This document shows, in pieces, positions 23,719 to 35,964 of a stretch of DNA of 38,834 bases (position 1 is its first letter; the number at the start of each line of letters is the position of its first letter). This DNA is from Chiloscyllium plagiosum. Lineage: Eukaryota. The notes under the pieces were generated by a model that saw nothing but the letters and a program-made list of their open reading frames with translations, did not search any database and had not been told where the DNA came from. The position numbers were made by a program, and so were the translations under genes. Location: the NCBI RefSeq assembly GCF_004010195.1, contig NC_057719.1, positions 41,503,679 through 41,542,512 of the forward strand. Reading direction: 5' to 3'.

Positions 23719-24699
23719 TATACCTTACATATGCTTCCTTCTTTTTCTCAAACAAACTCTTCATTTCTTTCGTCATCCAGCATTCCCTATACCTACCAGC
23801 CTTTCCTTTCACCTGAACAGGAATATACTTTCTCTGGACTCTCATTATCTCATTTCTGAAGGCTTTCCATTTTCCAGCCATCCCTTTACCAGTGAACATC
23901 TGCCCCCAATCAGGTTTTGAAAGTTCTTGCCTAATACCATCAAAATTGGCCTTTCTCCAATTTAGAACTTCAACTTTTAGATCTGGTCTATCCTTTTCCA
24001 TCACTATTTTAAAACAAATAGAATTATAGTCACTGACCCCAAAGTGCTCCCCTGCTGACACCTCAGTCACCTTCCCTGCCTTATTTCCCAAGAGTAGGTC
24101 AAGTTTTGCACCTTCTCTAGTAGGTACATCCACATACTGAATCAGAAAACTGGCTTGTACACAATTAACAAATTCCTCTCCATCCAAACCCTTAACACTA
24201 TGGCAGTCCCAGTCAATGTTTGGAAAGTTAAAATCTCCTACCATAACCACCCTATTATTCTTACAGATAGCTGAGATCTCCTTACAAATTTGTTTCTCAT
24301 TTTCTTTCTGACTATTAGGGGGTTTATAATACAATCCCAATAAGGTGATCAACCCTTTCTTATTTCTCAGTTCCACTCAAATAACTTCTCCTGACATATT
24401 TCAGGGAATATCGTCCCTCAGTACAGCTGTAATACTATCTCTTATTAAAAACGCCACTCCCCCTCCTCTCTTGCCTTCCTTTCTGTCCTTCCTGTAGCAT
24501 TTGTATCCTGGAACAATAAGCTGCTAGTGCTGTCCATCCCTGAACCATGTTTCTGGAATTGCTACGATATCACAGTCCCATGTTCCTAACCATGCCCTGA
24601 GTTAATTTGCCTTCCTTGTTAGGCCCCTTGCATTGAAATAAATGCAGTTTAATTTATTAGTCCTACCTTGTTCCTTGCTTTCTCTTTGCCTGCCCTGAC

Positions 24700-25678
24700 T
24701 GTTTGGCTCACTTCTTTTCCCAACTGTACCAGTCTCAGATTGATCTATTTCCTCACTATCTCCCTGGATCCCACACACCCCAGCCCCATCTTACTAGTTT
24801 ACGTCCTCCGAGCAGCTCGAGCAAATCTCCCTGCCAGTATGTTAGTCCCCTTCCAATTTCGGTTCAATCCATCCTTATTGGAATCTCTTTTACCCCAAAA
24901 GAGATTCCAATAATCCAAAAGTGTCAGTCCTTCTCCCACACACCAGCTCCTCAGCCATGCATTCATCTGCTCTATCCTCCTATTCCTACCCTCACTAGCT
25001 CATAGCACCAGGAGTAATGCAGATATTACTACTTTCGAGGACCTCCTTCTTACGTTTCTGCCTAACTCTCTGTATTCTCCCTTCAGAATCTTAACCTTTT
25101 CCCTTCCTATGTCGTTGGTTCCGATGTGGACAATGACTTCCTGCTGGCCCCTCTTTCCCTTCTGCACCCTCTCTGAGACATCCTTGATCCTGGCACCAGG
25201 GAAGCAACACACCATTCTGATTTTTCGCTGCTGGCCACAGAAATATCTGTCTGTGTCTTGGACTAGAAAGTCCCCTATCACAATTGAATTCTTGGAACCC
25301 ACTGTACCCTCATTGCATTCAAGCCAGTATCAATGCCAGAAATTTGGCTTTCGTGCTACATTCCCCTGAGAATCCTAAACCCTCTACATTTTCCAAAACA
25401 GCATACCTGTTTGAAATGTGAATAGCCACAGAACACTCCTGCACTACCTTTCCTGGAGTTAACCCATCTATGTGACTGTATCTGCGATGTTTCTCCCTTC
25501 CTATAACTTCCCCCTTGCTCTTGTAAATTCCTCATTACCTCTAACTCCAACCGTTCCATTTGATCTAATAGAATTCGCAACCAATGGCATTTATTGCAGA
25601 TATAATCCTCAGTAACATGCAAACTCTCCCTAAACTCCCCCATCTGACAAAAGAGTGTATCACTCTACTCTGGGCCAT
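24700..25678 (-). pseudogene. CR1 ORF1 (Cys-knuckle plus SGNH esterase-like domain)
   Basis: DYICNKC; VIGDFLV..CFPGARIKDV..VHIGTNDIGR; ATG at 25678; 3' limit approximate. Confidence 0.85.
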
Positions 25679-26609
25679 TTTTGCTTCTTCCAATCTGCAG
25701 ACCCAAAAAATAGCATATTACTCTACAAAACACTGCTCAAGACTAACTTAACACTTATGGCTTATATTTTTAAGTTTAATCAAAAGACATATCTCAATTA
25801 AACATATAATCAAGAAAGAACCCACTCTATTCACTACTGCAGAGTCCCCAAGGCCACACTTAAACTATTCACTTACCTGTCTCTGTGCTGTGACCTCTCC
25901 CAAACAGGTTCCTCCAAGATCAGTTGTGAATTTCACTGTTTGTTAATTTTCCCAGATGCACTCCAATGTCCAGCGATACATGAATTCAAACAGCAAAGGC
26001 AGTAACTGCACAGGTTCACTGCTGTGTTAGGGAGCAGTGTGGGTTCCTTACTCTCTCTCTCTCCGGCACTGACCTCACCATGTGCTGCCTTTGCCTGTTC
26101 CCCTCCCTTTTAAAAGTGCTGTTGTTTTGACTCTTTTTTTTTTCAAAGTTCCAAAACAATGCAACAGCATATTAAACAGTAATTGCTGCTCCTGGAATTC
26201 AAGGAAATCACCTCCAACACCTAAAATACCTCAAAAAAAAGAGCAACCTGTTACAGCCAGAAATGTTTCCCGTCCTCCATCTTGGATGACCCAGAATGCA
26301 TGTTGATGTGTTCTAATTTTCTTAACTTTATAATTCTAATATACATGTTTATATGTTCAAAAAAGTCTTACTTCAGTCTCATAATTTCCATTTATAACAT
26401 ATTGTCCATGGGAAATTATATTTTGCATAATGTCTTTCACATAACTTTATATTTTCCAGGAACCAATTAATGTTGTAAGGCAAGAACTTTCAGTACAAAT
26501 TCTTCCAAAAGCATTCTTTCCACTCTTCATCTTTCTTTATTGGGAGTGCTATTCCTCATGTTGATTGCTCTCATGTGCTTTATCCACCTGAAACTTGGCA
26601 GTGACTATT

Positions 26610-26800
26610 GACTGGCTGTTCTACAACGGGAGGCATTGGGGTCATGGGCAGTGTCCACACACACAGTCGGGAGTGACCATTGGGACTGAGTTTTCTTCTG
26701 TTATCACAGGGTTACCGATCCAGACAATTACTGACACCCTGGCTGTGATCAGATAGGTCAGCCCCTGCCCCTCCCACCCAGTAAGGAATCAAAGCTATTT
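26610..26800 (-). repeat. Possible LF-SINE-like ancient SINE remnant
   Basis: ctggctgtgatcagataggtcagc..ggaatcaaa resembles the reverse LF-SINE head; weak, from memory. Confidence 0.25.
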
Positions 26801-27701
26801 ACTTTGAACATTCTCTGCACCATCAGGTCAGTTGCTTCATTTGAGTTACTGCATAGAGAATAAAAAGAGATTTTAATATGGTGCTGCAGAATGATGTAAT
26901 ATATATTCAGGAGCAACACAAATATGACTACTGCACTACAGCTGAGAAAGTGCTATTACTAACAACAATAGAAGGTGCCATTCTTGTCAGAGCTTACATC
27001 CTCATGAAAAATCATTGTAATTTTCTTAAAGCATTACCTTTTAAACATTACATTCTTATCCTTAAGCATGCAATGTTTTTCGATTTACTGCATATAAGAT
27101 TTTCCACAAAGCTACTCACAAGCACTTCCTGCATAAATATTATAAACACTATTTACACATTGACTGTGCCCTCAGGAACAGTATGGGAACACTAGACATA
27201 TCACTTTCTGACAGAACTATTTTTGTCAGCCATGACTGTGTGCTATGTGACCCACAAGTACAATAATGCTATCTTATCTGTTATCCATTTAAAGACTGGA
27301 AAATAAAAGTAGGCAATGTAAATTTAAACATGCATGTATAACATCAAGAACCTGTCATAAACCAAAGTAATCTGAATATGATCCCCTATACCGAGGTGCA
27401 GCAGCATCATAAACTTCAAATGTCTTTTTGTTAACATACATGACTCTTAGGGGCATACTATATGTTGTTTTTATTTAGGTGATACCAATTACTTAGTGTA
27501 TAAGTGGAACATAGCAATAGACTAAAAGGAGCAAGAAAGCCTTAAGTTTCATCATAAATTAGCTTGGGTAGTGGGATAGCTCAACATCCCTGAGATAGGA
27601 GAAAGAATGATCAGCAGAGCTTGGTATATTACATCCTGTTAACTTTTATCTATTTATTTCCTTACTTTTCTAGCGACTTGGAGAAGGGAATGAAATCCAT
27701 G

Positions 27702-28760
27702 GGTTGAATCTTATGTTTCTTTGGATAAGTGTGAATTGCATCGTGTATTTTGGAAAGATGCTTGCCATAAGGCCGAATGAGATCGACCACCTTATCTTAC
27801 CAAACTGGCCTGATTAACTCCTTACCCCAGCTCTATGGCCTCCATTACATTCAATTCCAGTCCTATTTTATCATGCACTGTTCTCAGAACAACTGGCCAC
27901 TCAGTGCATACCTGCTGAAACATTGGCACCCCTTATATCTGTGCCATTTTGAAAAGTTCGCCACTGGTATTCAGAAGCTGCCCTGTTTGCTCAAGAGTGC
28001 TTCCAGAAGATGTCAGAGAAGGGGAAGATGGTACTGCATTTTTGTAACAGGGACGAGAAGGTCCTAGTTGAGGGGATGGCGTAAAGGAACGATGTCTTCC
28101 TGGAGGACTGGCAGAGGAGGTCATGCCACCAGCCCCAGACAACCTGTTCTGAGGTCACTGTCCAGGTCTGTGCCATCTCCATTGTGTGGAGGAATGGCCA
28201 ATAATGCTGTAAGAAGATCAATGACATCATTCACTGTCCCAGTGGAAGGCTACATTTTTCTCTCTGCTCCTTCTCACTCACCTTGTCTCTGCTGCTACAG
28301 CCAACTTTTACCAAGGCTCAAGGTCAACCACTCTCAATATTGCCTGCAACATCTTACCCCATATGCTCTCACTTACTGCAGCCCCCCACTCCACTACCCC
28401 TGCAATGGAATGTGCGCTGTCTACTCATTCGCCTGGGACACCTTGACAATTGCAGCTGGTCGAACAGCCATGCCACCCACTTACATCTCAATTAATCCCT
28501 CATTACAAGGAAAAACAGCCCATGGCAGAGCAGGAACGTGCTGTGTCAGTGGAAGGATTGCCAGCCACTGGGCTCCTCACCCCTGACAAGGAGGCAATCC
28601 TGGCCCTGGCTGGAGAAGACTGGGACCACTCCTGCAAGAATGTCAATGCATCCACCTCACAGGAACTCAGTAAATTACCACTCTTCATTCTACTGCAACA
28701 CTATTGCTGTATCCATGCTGTTATGGCATATTTTACTCCATGACCTTCAATTTTGTGACT
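27702..28760 (+). mobile_element. Harbinger/PIF transposon relic with decayed two-exon Myb/SANT-like gene
   Basis: From ATG 28010: ..FCNRDEKVLVEGMA*RNDVF..SEVTVQVCAISIVWRNGQ*CCKKINDI; second exon ~28510-28660 ..LLTPDKEAILALAGED. Confidence 0.6.
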
Positions 28761-29083
28761 AAGCCCAACGTACGGTACATTTTCAAATGCCTTTTCAATT
28801 GCAGCAGGTTCAGCCAATTATATCAATAATTTGAATTCTCAGTTCAATAAAATGGAAAACGTTCATGAGTTAAATTTTAAATATGGGAAAACAAAGAGTA
28901 TTAGATATCAATTATTTAATCTATATACATCCTATTCAGGAGAATCGTACAGGGCCTCTTTCCCAAAAATAATGTTCACATTTGGCAGGACTATCATTCC
29001 ACAAGCAGCAAGCAGCTAATTACAGTTGTTAAAGACAATTAAGGCCTATTTTCAAATGTCACCTAGAAATTTACAGTCAACAG

Positions 29084-29608
29084 TCAGGTTCTCCGCAGCA
29101 TAGAGACAAAGTCAGGCAGCTGGAGGTTGTCCTGTGGAGGTGCATGTTTCACAATAGTGCCTTAGTTGCTGAGCATTTTTAAAAAGATTTTGAAGTTTAA
29201 AATGTTGGAGAGAGTGTGCCTCAAAATGGAGGTGCGCTTTTTCTCTCTTACTGTATCTGCAGGCTGCTGCTTCTTCTTCAGTGCTGGAGGGTCTGCTATC
29301 AACCCCCTGGCTTCATAATGAATATCGTAAATGCTCAGAATCTTAGAAGTCACTGGTTTCTTGGATTTTAATATTGGACCAGATTTTGTTTTCAAACTGA
29401 TGGTGAGGCTCATGGAACTCTCAGTGTGTTCAAGAGCCACTGCAACTTCAGACAAAGGACAATTATATGGTTGAACACAAATATCTGTCAATGTCTGAAT
29501 TGTGGCATTCGGTGTTAAGTTTAATGAAAATTGCAACTCTTCATTGAAATGCATTGAACCACCTGAGGTGGCTATACTTGCATGACAGGTATGCACTAAA
29601 GTCTCCAC
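29084..29608 (-). other. Unassigned long reading frame (148 open codons, then ~25 more after one stop)
   Basis: ORF track 29162-29608; frame continues GTIVKHAPPQDNLQLPDFVSMLRRT; possible GTAAGA donor at 29251; no recognised homology. Confidence 0.3.
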
Positions 29609-30626
29609 AGAAAGTTATGTTTCATTTATTCCAGTCTAAATGTCTAGTTAACCGTAGAATGAGCAGTAATTGCGGCCAGCCATATATTCTAAAGGTGGAG
29701 TCTCATTCCTTCAGATTTTAATAACTGTTGGTAATTTTAAAAGCGTCAACATTAAAATACAGGTTTCTTACTTTCCTATACTGCCTCCTCACTTGTCGTT
29801 CTTAATTCAATATCTGTTTCCTTTTTTATTTTTCTTTTGTATCTAATTTAGCATGAACTCAGTTACTTTAATTCCTGCTCATCCTTGCAGTATTTATTTC
29901 ACAATCCTTCAGTTGGATTGGATACAAAGAGCTACATTTGCCTGTTAACTATGCTACCAAATGCTGGTTTCCTTCATCATGCTGTTATCAACTCACACAC
30001 TACCAGTGACTTGCCAGGGGAAAAAAAGATATAAACCTACATGTGAAAGAACCATTATGTAATGTATTTTAACATTTAGCTTTAAAAGAGACTGCTGAAA
30101 AATAGAAAGTGTGTTGAACTGTTTCAGTCAATTGTTTCATGATTGCATATTAAGGAAGACGCACCAGAAGCAGTCTAGGAGTGTCAGTTAATTCAGAAAA
30201 CCTTAAGAGCCATGGAGATATAATCCTCAGTGCTTGCGGAAACCATGGTATTGAATCAAAATCTTCCTCTGGTGCACAAGAAAAGGAATCAAGATCAGCG
30301 TGAATGACTGAGAAATTCTTGGAGGGAACAAGTTATGACAAGTTTCAGCAAGATAAAAGAAAAAGGATGATAATGGAGCTGCAGTTAAAGTCTTAATGCA
30401 TTATGTATGTGGTGAATATGTGGAGTTGTTGCCTAAGGTTATCAATTTATAGAAAGAAATTCAGTGGTCTTCAGGAGCAAACCAATGAGACTATGGGTCA
30501 AAGATTCCACCTGAAGGAAAAGTTTTTCAAATGGCTTTGAAAGGCTTGTGCAATTAAATATGGAGGTTCAAGTGTAAGATTCATCACCCACTGATTTAAG
30601 ATTTCTTGGCTATTGCTGAAAAGAAA

Positions 30627-31347
30627 GACTGATTTGATTTTGACTTTATTGTCACATATATTTCACAGTAGGAATACAATGAAATACAGTGAAAAGCTTT
30701 CATTTGTCCCCACGAAATGATGCTATTTTGAATAATTTAAAAATAAGGAAAAAAAAAGAAAGCTAGAGCGTGAAGAAAGTCCATCAGTCCTGAGCCAGCT
30801 CATCACCGTCAGTGATGCCTGCATTGCCCTCTCTCTTTGTCATCGTCTACAGGAGACCCAAACAACATCAAAGTCACTGATCCGCAGGTGCCATCTTTGC
30901 CGCTGGGTCAATACTCCTCTGCCATCTACACTGAACCAATCAACGTCAAAGCTGCATCACTTGCTGCTGGGCTCCCCCTCCCCACCAGTGTTGCTGTGGT
31001 GCCCTTCTGCCACCGCTTTGCCACCAATTCACTGCCAACACCGCTGGCAACAACAAATTATTCAATCCTCCTCTTCTTTTGATGCTGGGCCGACCGATAT
31101 CGCCTCTGCTGAGTTAGCAGCCAAGTCCTGTATTTGCTCCGGAAAAATAACCAGAGTATCACTCGAGGTGCTCACCCTGGGCCTGACTCGAGATCCGTGT
31201 GCCGTGCTCTCACTACAGCTGATGTTGTCCAAGCTCAGGACAAGGTAAGTAAGTTTTAAAAAAAAGAAAAAAATGAGGGGAAAAGAAAAGCTGTCAGAGT
31301 AGACGAGCATCGGCACAGGAGCCCTACTCCGCCACCATCTTGGATCA
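30627..31347 (-). mobile_element. Non-autonomous LINE-like element
   Basis: 5' gatccaagatggtggcgg start, GC-rich body, 3' tail tgtgacaataaag with (AAATC)n-like repeats. Confidence 0.45.
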
Positions 31348-31609
31348 GAGTGCACATTCTGTTGAAGTTTGATATTTTGTAATCATCAAGATATTTGCAT
31401 AAAAAATGCAAAGTAGAATGACATATTATATCATATGAGTGGGGAATATTAATGTTACACAGTGAAATGTGTTGGATTCTGGTCTTGCGATAGAGAATGC
31501 ACCAGTAAGAAATTGACAGAAAATTAACTGTCAAGTTTGTTTAAATTTAAACTAGCTATGTTAACTCTCATTCATCAAGTCATTGGCTGAAGAATAAACC
31601 AATAATGGC

Positions 31610-31765
31610 TGCCATATGGCAGCATCTGTGGAAAGACAAATGGTATTATTATTTTGGACTTTAAATGTTAACTCTGTTTCTCTTCCTATAGATGCTGCCA
31701 GACTTGTTGAGTTTCTCCAGCAATTTATGTTTGTTTCAGATTTCTAACATCCACAGAATTTCACT
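31610..31765. mobile_element. Old PLE pLTR remnant with short inverted arm
   Basis: ggcagcatctgtggaaaga / tcttcctatagatgctgccagacttgttgagtttctccagca; similar to 7086-7160. Confidence 0.55.
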
Positions 31766-32094
31766 TTTATTAACCAGTTGTCATATATTTAAGTTAAGAC
31801 AGACACAATCTTTGTATACTTTTCTTCTGTCTGCAAAGGATGGGATATGTGCATTATGTGGAGCTACTAGTCTTCATGAGTTTGTCACACTGCCAATTCA
31901 ATTGACAGTGTGACAAATTGTCAACATATTTCTTAGCACATTCGGGAGCATTTAGCAAATGCTTTCCAGTTGTAGAATAACATCTAATGTTGAACACCAT
32001 GTATTGAGTTTTACAACCATTGGCTGGTTAGGTACAGTCTACACTTTGCCTGTTGAGAACAGCCAAAGGGATATGTTATTTAATACAATTCACA

Positions 32095-34700
32095 TTCATA
32101 GAGATGTATGAATTCGGAGGAGGAATCGGATATTCAGCTCTTTGAATCAGCTTCACCATTAAATAAAATCATTGCTATAAAATCATTGCTGATCTAATTG
32201 AAACATTAAAAGTGCATTCTGCCTACTGTGATAATCTTTCACTGCCTTACTTAATAAAATCAATTTACACTCGCCTTAAAAAAAACTCTTCCTACACTTT
32301 TCAGAAAGAGAATTCCAAAGACTCATGTCCTCAGAGGGAAAGTAGAAATTCTCTGTTTAGATGGGCAACCTTTAATTCTTAAAGAGTGAACCCCTTAGGT
32401 CTACATTCTCCCATCCTTTCTATACCTACCCTGCCAAGACCACTCAGGACTTTACATGTTTCCATCAAGTGGCCTCTTACTCTAAACTCCAGTGGAGAGA
32501 AGCAACGTCTGTTCATTCTTCCTTTCTAAAGCATTCTCCCCACCCCATCCTCCATTGCAGGTATTAAACCCTCTCTCAAATGCCCTAATACATTTAAGTA
32601 TTTCTTTATATAAGATGACCAATACTGGACGTAGTACCACAGAATATGGTCTCGCTAGTCTCTATAAAATGAAGCATGTCCTTCCAGTTTTGCATTAAAC
32701 ACCCTCACGATGAATGATGATATTATGTTAGCTCTCCTAATTATTTGTTGTACTCACATGCAAACCTACTGCCATTTATGCAGAAAGACACACAAATCCT
32801 TCTGTATCTCAAAGCTCTATAATCTCTCATCAGTCAGATAATATATCTTTTATTTGCTGAAACTGAAATTTCACCACTTCCCACATTATGCTCTCTTTAT
32901 CACATTGCCCCCTCACTTAATCCATCTGTATCTTCTTGTAATTTCTTTGCGTTCTCTACGTGACTTACTTTCCTACCCAACCTTATTTCAGTTGGAAACC
33001 CTATCTTCCATCCATTCATCTAAGTCATTTCTATTCATTGTCAGCAGTTGAGGTACCAGCACCATTTCTTTTGACACAATACTTGTTACATTTTGCTAAT
33101 TTGAAAAATACCCATTTATACCTTCACCCTGTTACCTAGTCAATCTTCTGTCATGGCAATATGCCACCCCTATTTTCTGCAATAACCTTTGAGGTGGCTC
33201 TTTATCAAAAGTCTTCTGGAAATCTAAGTACAGTAGTATGTCCACTGATTTCCTTTTATTGATTGTGTGCATTATCTTCTCTAAGTACTCTAAGAGATTG
33301 GTTTAATATGCTCTCCTTTTCACAAATCCATGCTCATTCAGTTTAACTATTTTGAATTTATCGATGTGTCCTACTATAACTTCTTTAACAATGGCTTCCA
33401 AAATTTTTCTAATAACATATTAAGTCAACTGGCCTGCAATTTCTTGCTTTCTGTCTCCCCTCCCTTCTGAGTAAATGGGTTATACTTGATAACTTCCAAT
33501 CTAATGGGACAATCCCTAAATCAAGGGAGTTTTGGAAAATTAAAAGTATCAACTATGCATCAACTATCTCAGCGGTTATTTTACCACCCTAGGATAAAAT
33601 TGATCAGGAACTGGGCACTTGTCAACCTATAGTTCCATCAACCTATTGAGTACAATTTCTCTGAGATTTGTAATTTTCCTGGATTCCTCCTTTTCTTCTA
33701 TTTCCTGATGTATTACCGATGCAAGATACCCCTTCAACTCATCTGTCATCTCTTTATTTTCCATTACTAATTTCCCAGTCTTACTTGCTATTCTGCTTTT
33801 GTTAATTTTTTTCTTCTTTAAATATTTTTAGAAACATTTATGATTTGTTTTTACATTCTGGCTAGCTTTCCTTTATGCTCAAATGCTTTCCCTTTTTATG
33901 AATGTTTTGGTATTTTTTTCCAATTTTTTTTTGGAAGTATTCCATCCAATCTTCTGACCTGTCACCTATCTTTACAGAGCTGAATTCTTTTTCTCTTAGT
34001 TTGATACAATTTTTAATGATTCTAGTTAATCACAGAAGACAGGCCCACCCCTTGAAATCTTTCTCACGTATTGCAATGTTGCAATTCTGTGCATTCTGAA
34101 ATACCTCCTTATATGACTGCCACTGAATCTCTTCCTGATCAACAACTTAACCTAATTTGCCAATTCATTGTAGCCAGCTCTGCTTTAGTGGCCTCACAAT
34201 TTTCTTTATTTAAATGTAAACACTTTCTCAGACTCATACCACTCTTCTTGCAATTTATTAAATTTTACAATCATAATATGCTTGCTGTTACTTATGGGTG
34301 CCTCCGATAGGAGATAATTAAATAGTCTTATCTCATTTTATAAAATTAAAAATCACATGACACCAGGTTATAGTCCAACAGGTTGAATTGGAAGTACTAG
34401 CTTTCCGAGCGCTGCTCCTTAATCAGGTAGTCAACTAGCTTCAAAAGCTAGTGCTTCCAATTCAACCTGTTTGACTATAGCCTGGTATCGTGTGATTTTT
34501 AATTTTGTACACCCCAGTTCAACACCGGAATCTCCAAATCATGACTCCCATTGTATAATACATAGTCTAAGAAAGCTTGCTCTCACAGAACGTGTTGTTG
34601 TAAGAAACCATCCCAGAAACATTCTATGAACTCCTCATTGACTCTCTTGGCCTACCTGACTTTTCCAGTTGATATATAGATTATAATCTCTTATGAATAT
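32095..34700 (-). mobile_element. Highly decayed CR1 LINE
   Basis: Reverse complement of ~33190-33235 reads YLDFQKTFDKEP (CR1 YLDFQKAFDKVP); CR1-like 3' end near 32100. Confidence 0.7.
34344..34545. mobile_element. Fold-back pLTR-only PLE family A insertion
   Basis: Inverted arms around ~34430-34440; degenerate hammerhead; candidate TSD tctcattttataa / tcccattgtataa. Confidence 0.85.
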
Positions 34701-35323
34701 CACCACTGGGAGTTGTGGCCTATATAATTGCATCATATTAACACTTAGCTTCTGCAACACTTAACCTCCATGTTATTACATTTTTGTTGCTATCTTGTAG
34801 TTAAATTTTCCTTAAGACTTCATTTAGTTAAACCATTATAATCAGGATTTGGAGATGCCGGTGTTGGACTAGGGTGTACAAAGTTAAAAATCACACAACA
34901 CCAGGTTGTAGGCCAACAGGTTTAATTGGAAGCACACGAGCTTTCGGAGCGACTTTCCTTCATCAGGTGATAGTGGAGGGCTCAATCGTAACACAGAATT
35001 TATACCAAAAATTATGAGATGATTGAGAAGTTTACGAGAGGTGCGGTGGCAAAGTCTCTCTGCGTGGTCTGTGTTGTAGATCGACCTAAGCGGGTTCGTG
35101 ATCCGTAATCCTTTCGGGATCTTTCCTGCTTGCCTGCATTCCTGTAGAAACTTGATGTCTGTGTCGACATGTGCAATCTTCTTGGAGATCCTCTCCACTT
35201 TAAGCCAGCGGTTAGTGGTGTCAATAGTAGTCATGATTTGGAGATGTCGGTGTTGGACTGGGATGTACAACGTTAAAAATCACACCACACCAGGTTATAG
35301 TCCAACAGGTTTAATTGGAAGCA

Positions 35324-35358
35324 CACTAGCTTTCAGAGCGACGTTCCTTCATCAGGTG
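35324..35358 (-). ncRNA. Minimal hammerhead ribozyme motif (second minus copy at ~34935-34969)
   Basis: Reverse complement cacCTGATGAaggaacgtcgctctGAAAGCTAgtg; stem II partly mutated. Confidence 0.65.
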
Positions 35359-35540
35359 ATAGTGGAGGGCAAACAGGCAAGCAGGAAAGATCCCGAAAGG
35401 ATTACGGATCACGAACCCGCTTAGGTCAACCTACAACACAGACCACGCAGAAAGACTTTGCCACCGCACCTCTCGTAAACTTCTCAATCATCTCATAATT
35501 TTTGCTATAAATTCTGTGTTATAATCGAGCCCTCCACTAT

Positions 35541-35575
35541 CACCTGATGAAGGAGCGTCGCTCTGAAAGCTAGTG
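35541..35575 (+). ncRNA. Minimal hammerhead ribozyme motif
   Basis: cac-CTGATGA-a-ggagc gtc gctct-GAAA-GCTA-gtg; predicted cleavage after 35572. Confidence 0.8.
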
Positions 35576-35664
35576 TGCTTCCAATTAAACCTGTTGGCCT
35601 ACAACCTGGTGTTGTGTGATTTTTAACGTTGTACATCCCAGTCCAACACCGACATCTCCAAATC

Positions 35665-35913
35665 ATGACTACTATCAACACCACTAACCGCTGGCTTAAA
35701 GTGGAGAGGATCTCCAAGAAGATTGCACATGTCGACACAGACATCAAGTTTCTACAGGAATGCAGGCAAGCAGGAAAGATCCCAAAAGGATTACGGATCA
35801 CGAACCCGCTTAGGTCAATCTACAACACAGACCACGCAGAGAGAATTTGCCACCGCACCTCTCGTAAACTTCTCAATCATCTCATAATTTTTGCTATAAA
35901 TTCTGTGTTATGA
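35665..35913 (+). CDS. 82-aa ORF: PLE N-terminal domain only; second open copy on minus strand from ATG at 35234
   Basis: MTTINTTNRWLKVERISKKIAHVDTDIKFLQECRQAGKIPKGLRITNPL..; FLxxCxxxxxIPKGL is typical of PLE N-termini; ATG at the pLTR end (ccaaatcATGact). Confidence 0.6.
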   Translation: MTTINTTNRWLKVERISKKIAHVDTDIKFLQECRQAGKIPKGLRITNPLRSIYNTDHAERICHRTSRKLLNHLIIFAINSVL

Positions 35914-35929
35914 TCGAGCCCTCCACTAT

Positions 35930-35964
35930 CACCTGATGAGGGAGCGTCGTTCCGAAAGCTAGTG
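35930..35964 (+). ncRNA. Minimal hammerhead ribozyme motif
   Basis: cac-CTGATGA-g-ggagc gtc gttcc-GAAA-GCTA-gtg; predicted cleavage after 35961. Confidence 0.8.

Larger units (their letters stand above)
21600..26295 (-). mobile_element. Near full-length CR1 LINE (5'UTR, ORF1, ORF2, tail), disrupted
   Basis: APE (VMVGDFNFPNIDW), RT (SGVPQGSVLGP, SKFADDTK), ORF1 upstream, 5' end near atccaagatgg. Confidence 0.95.
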
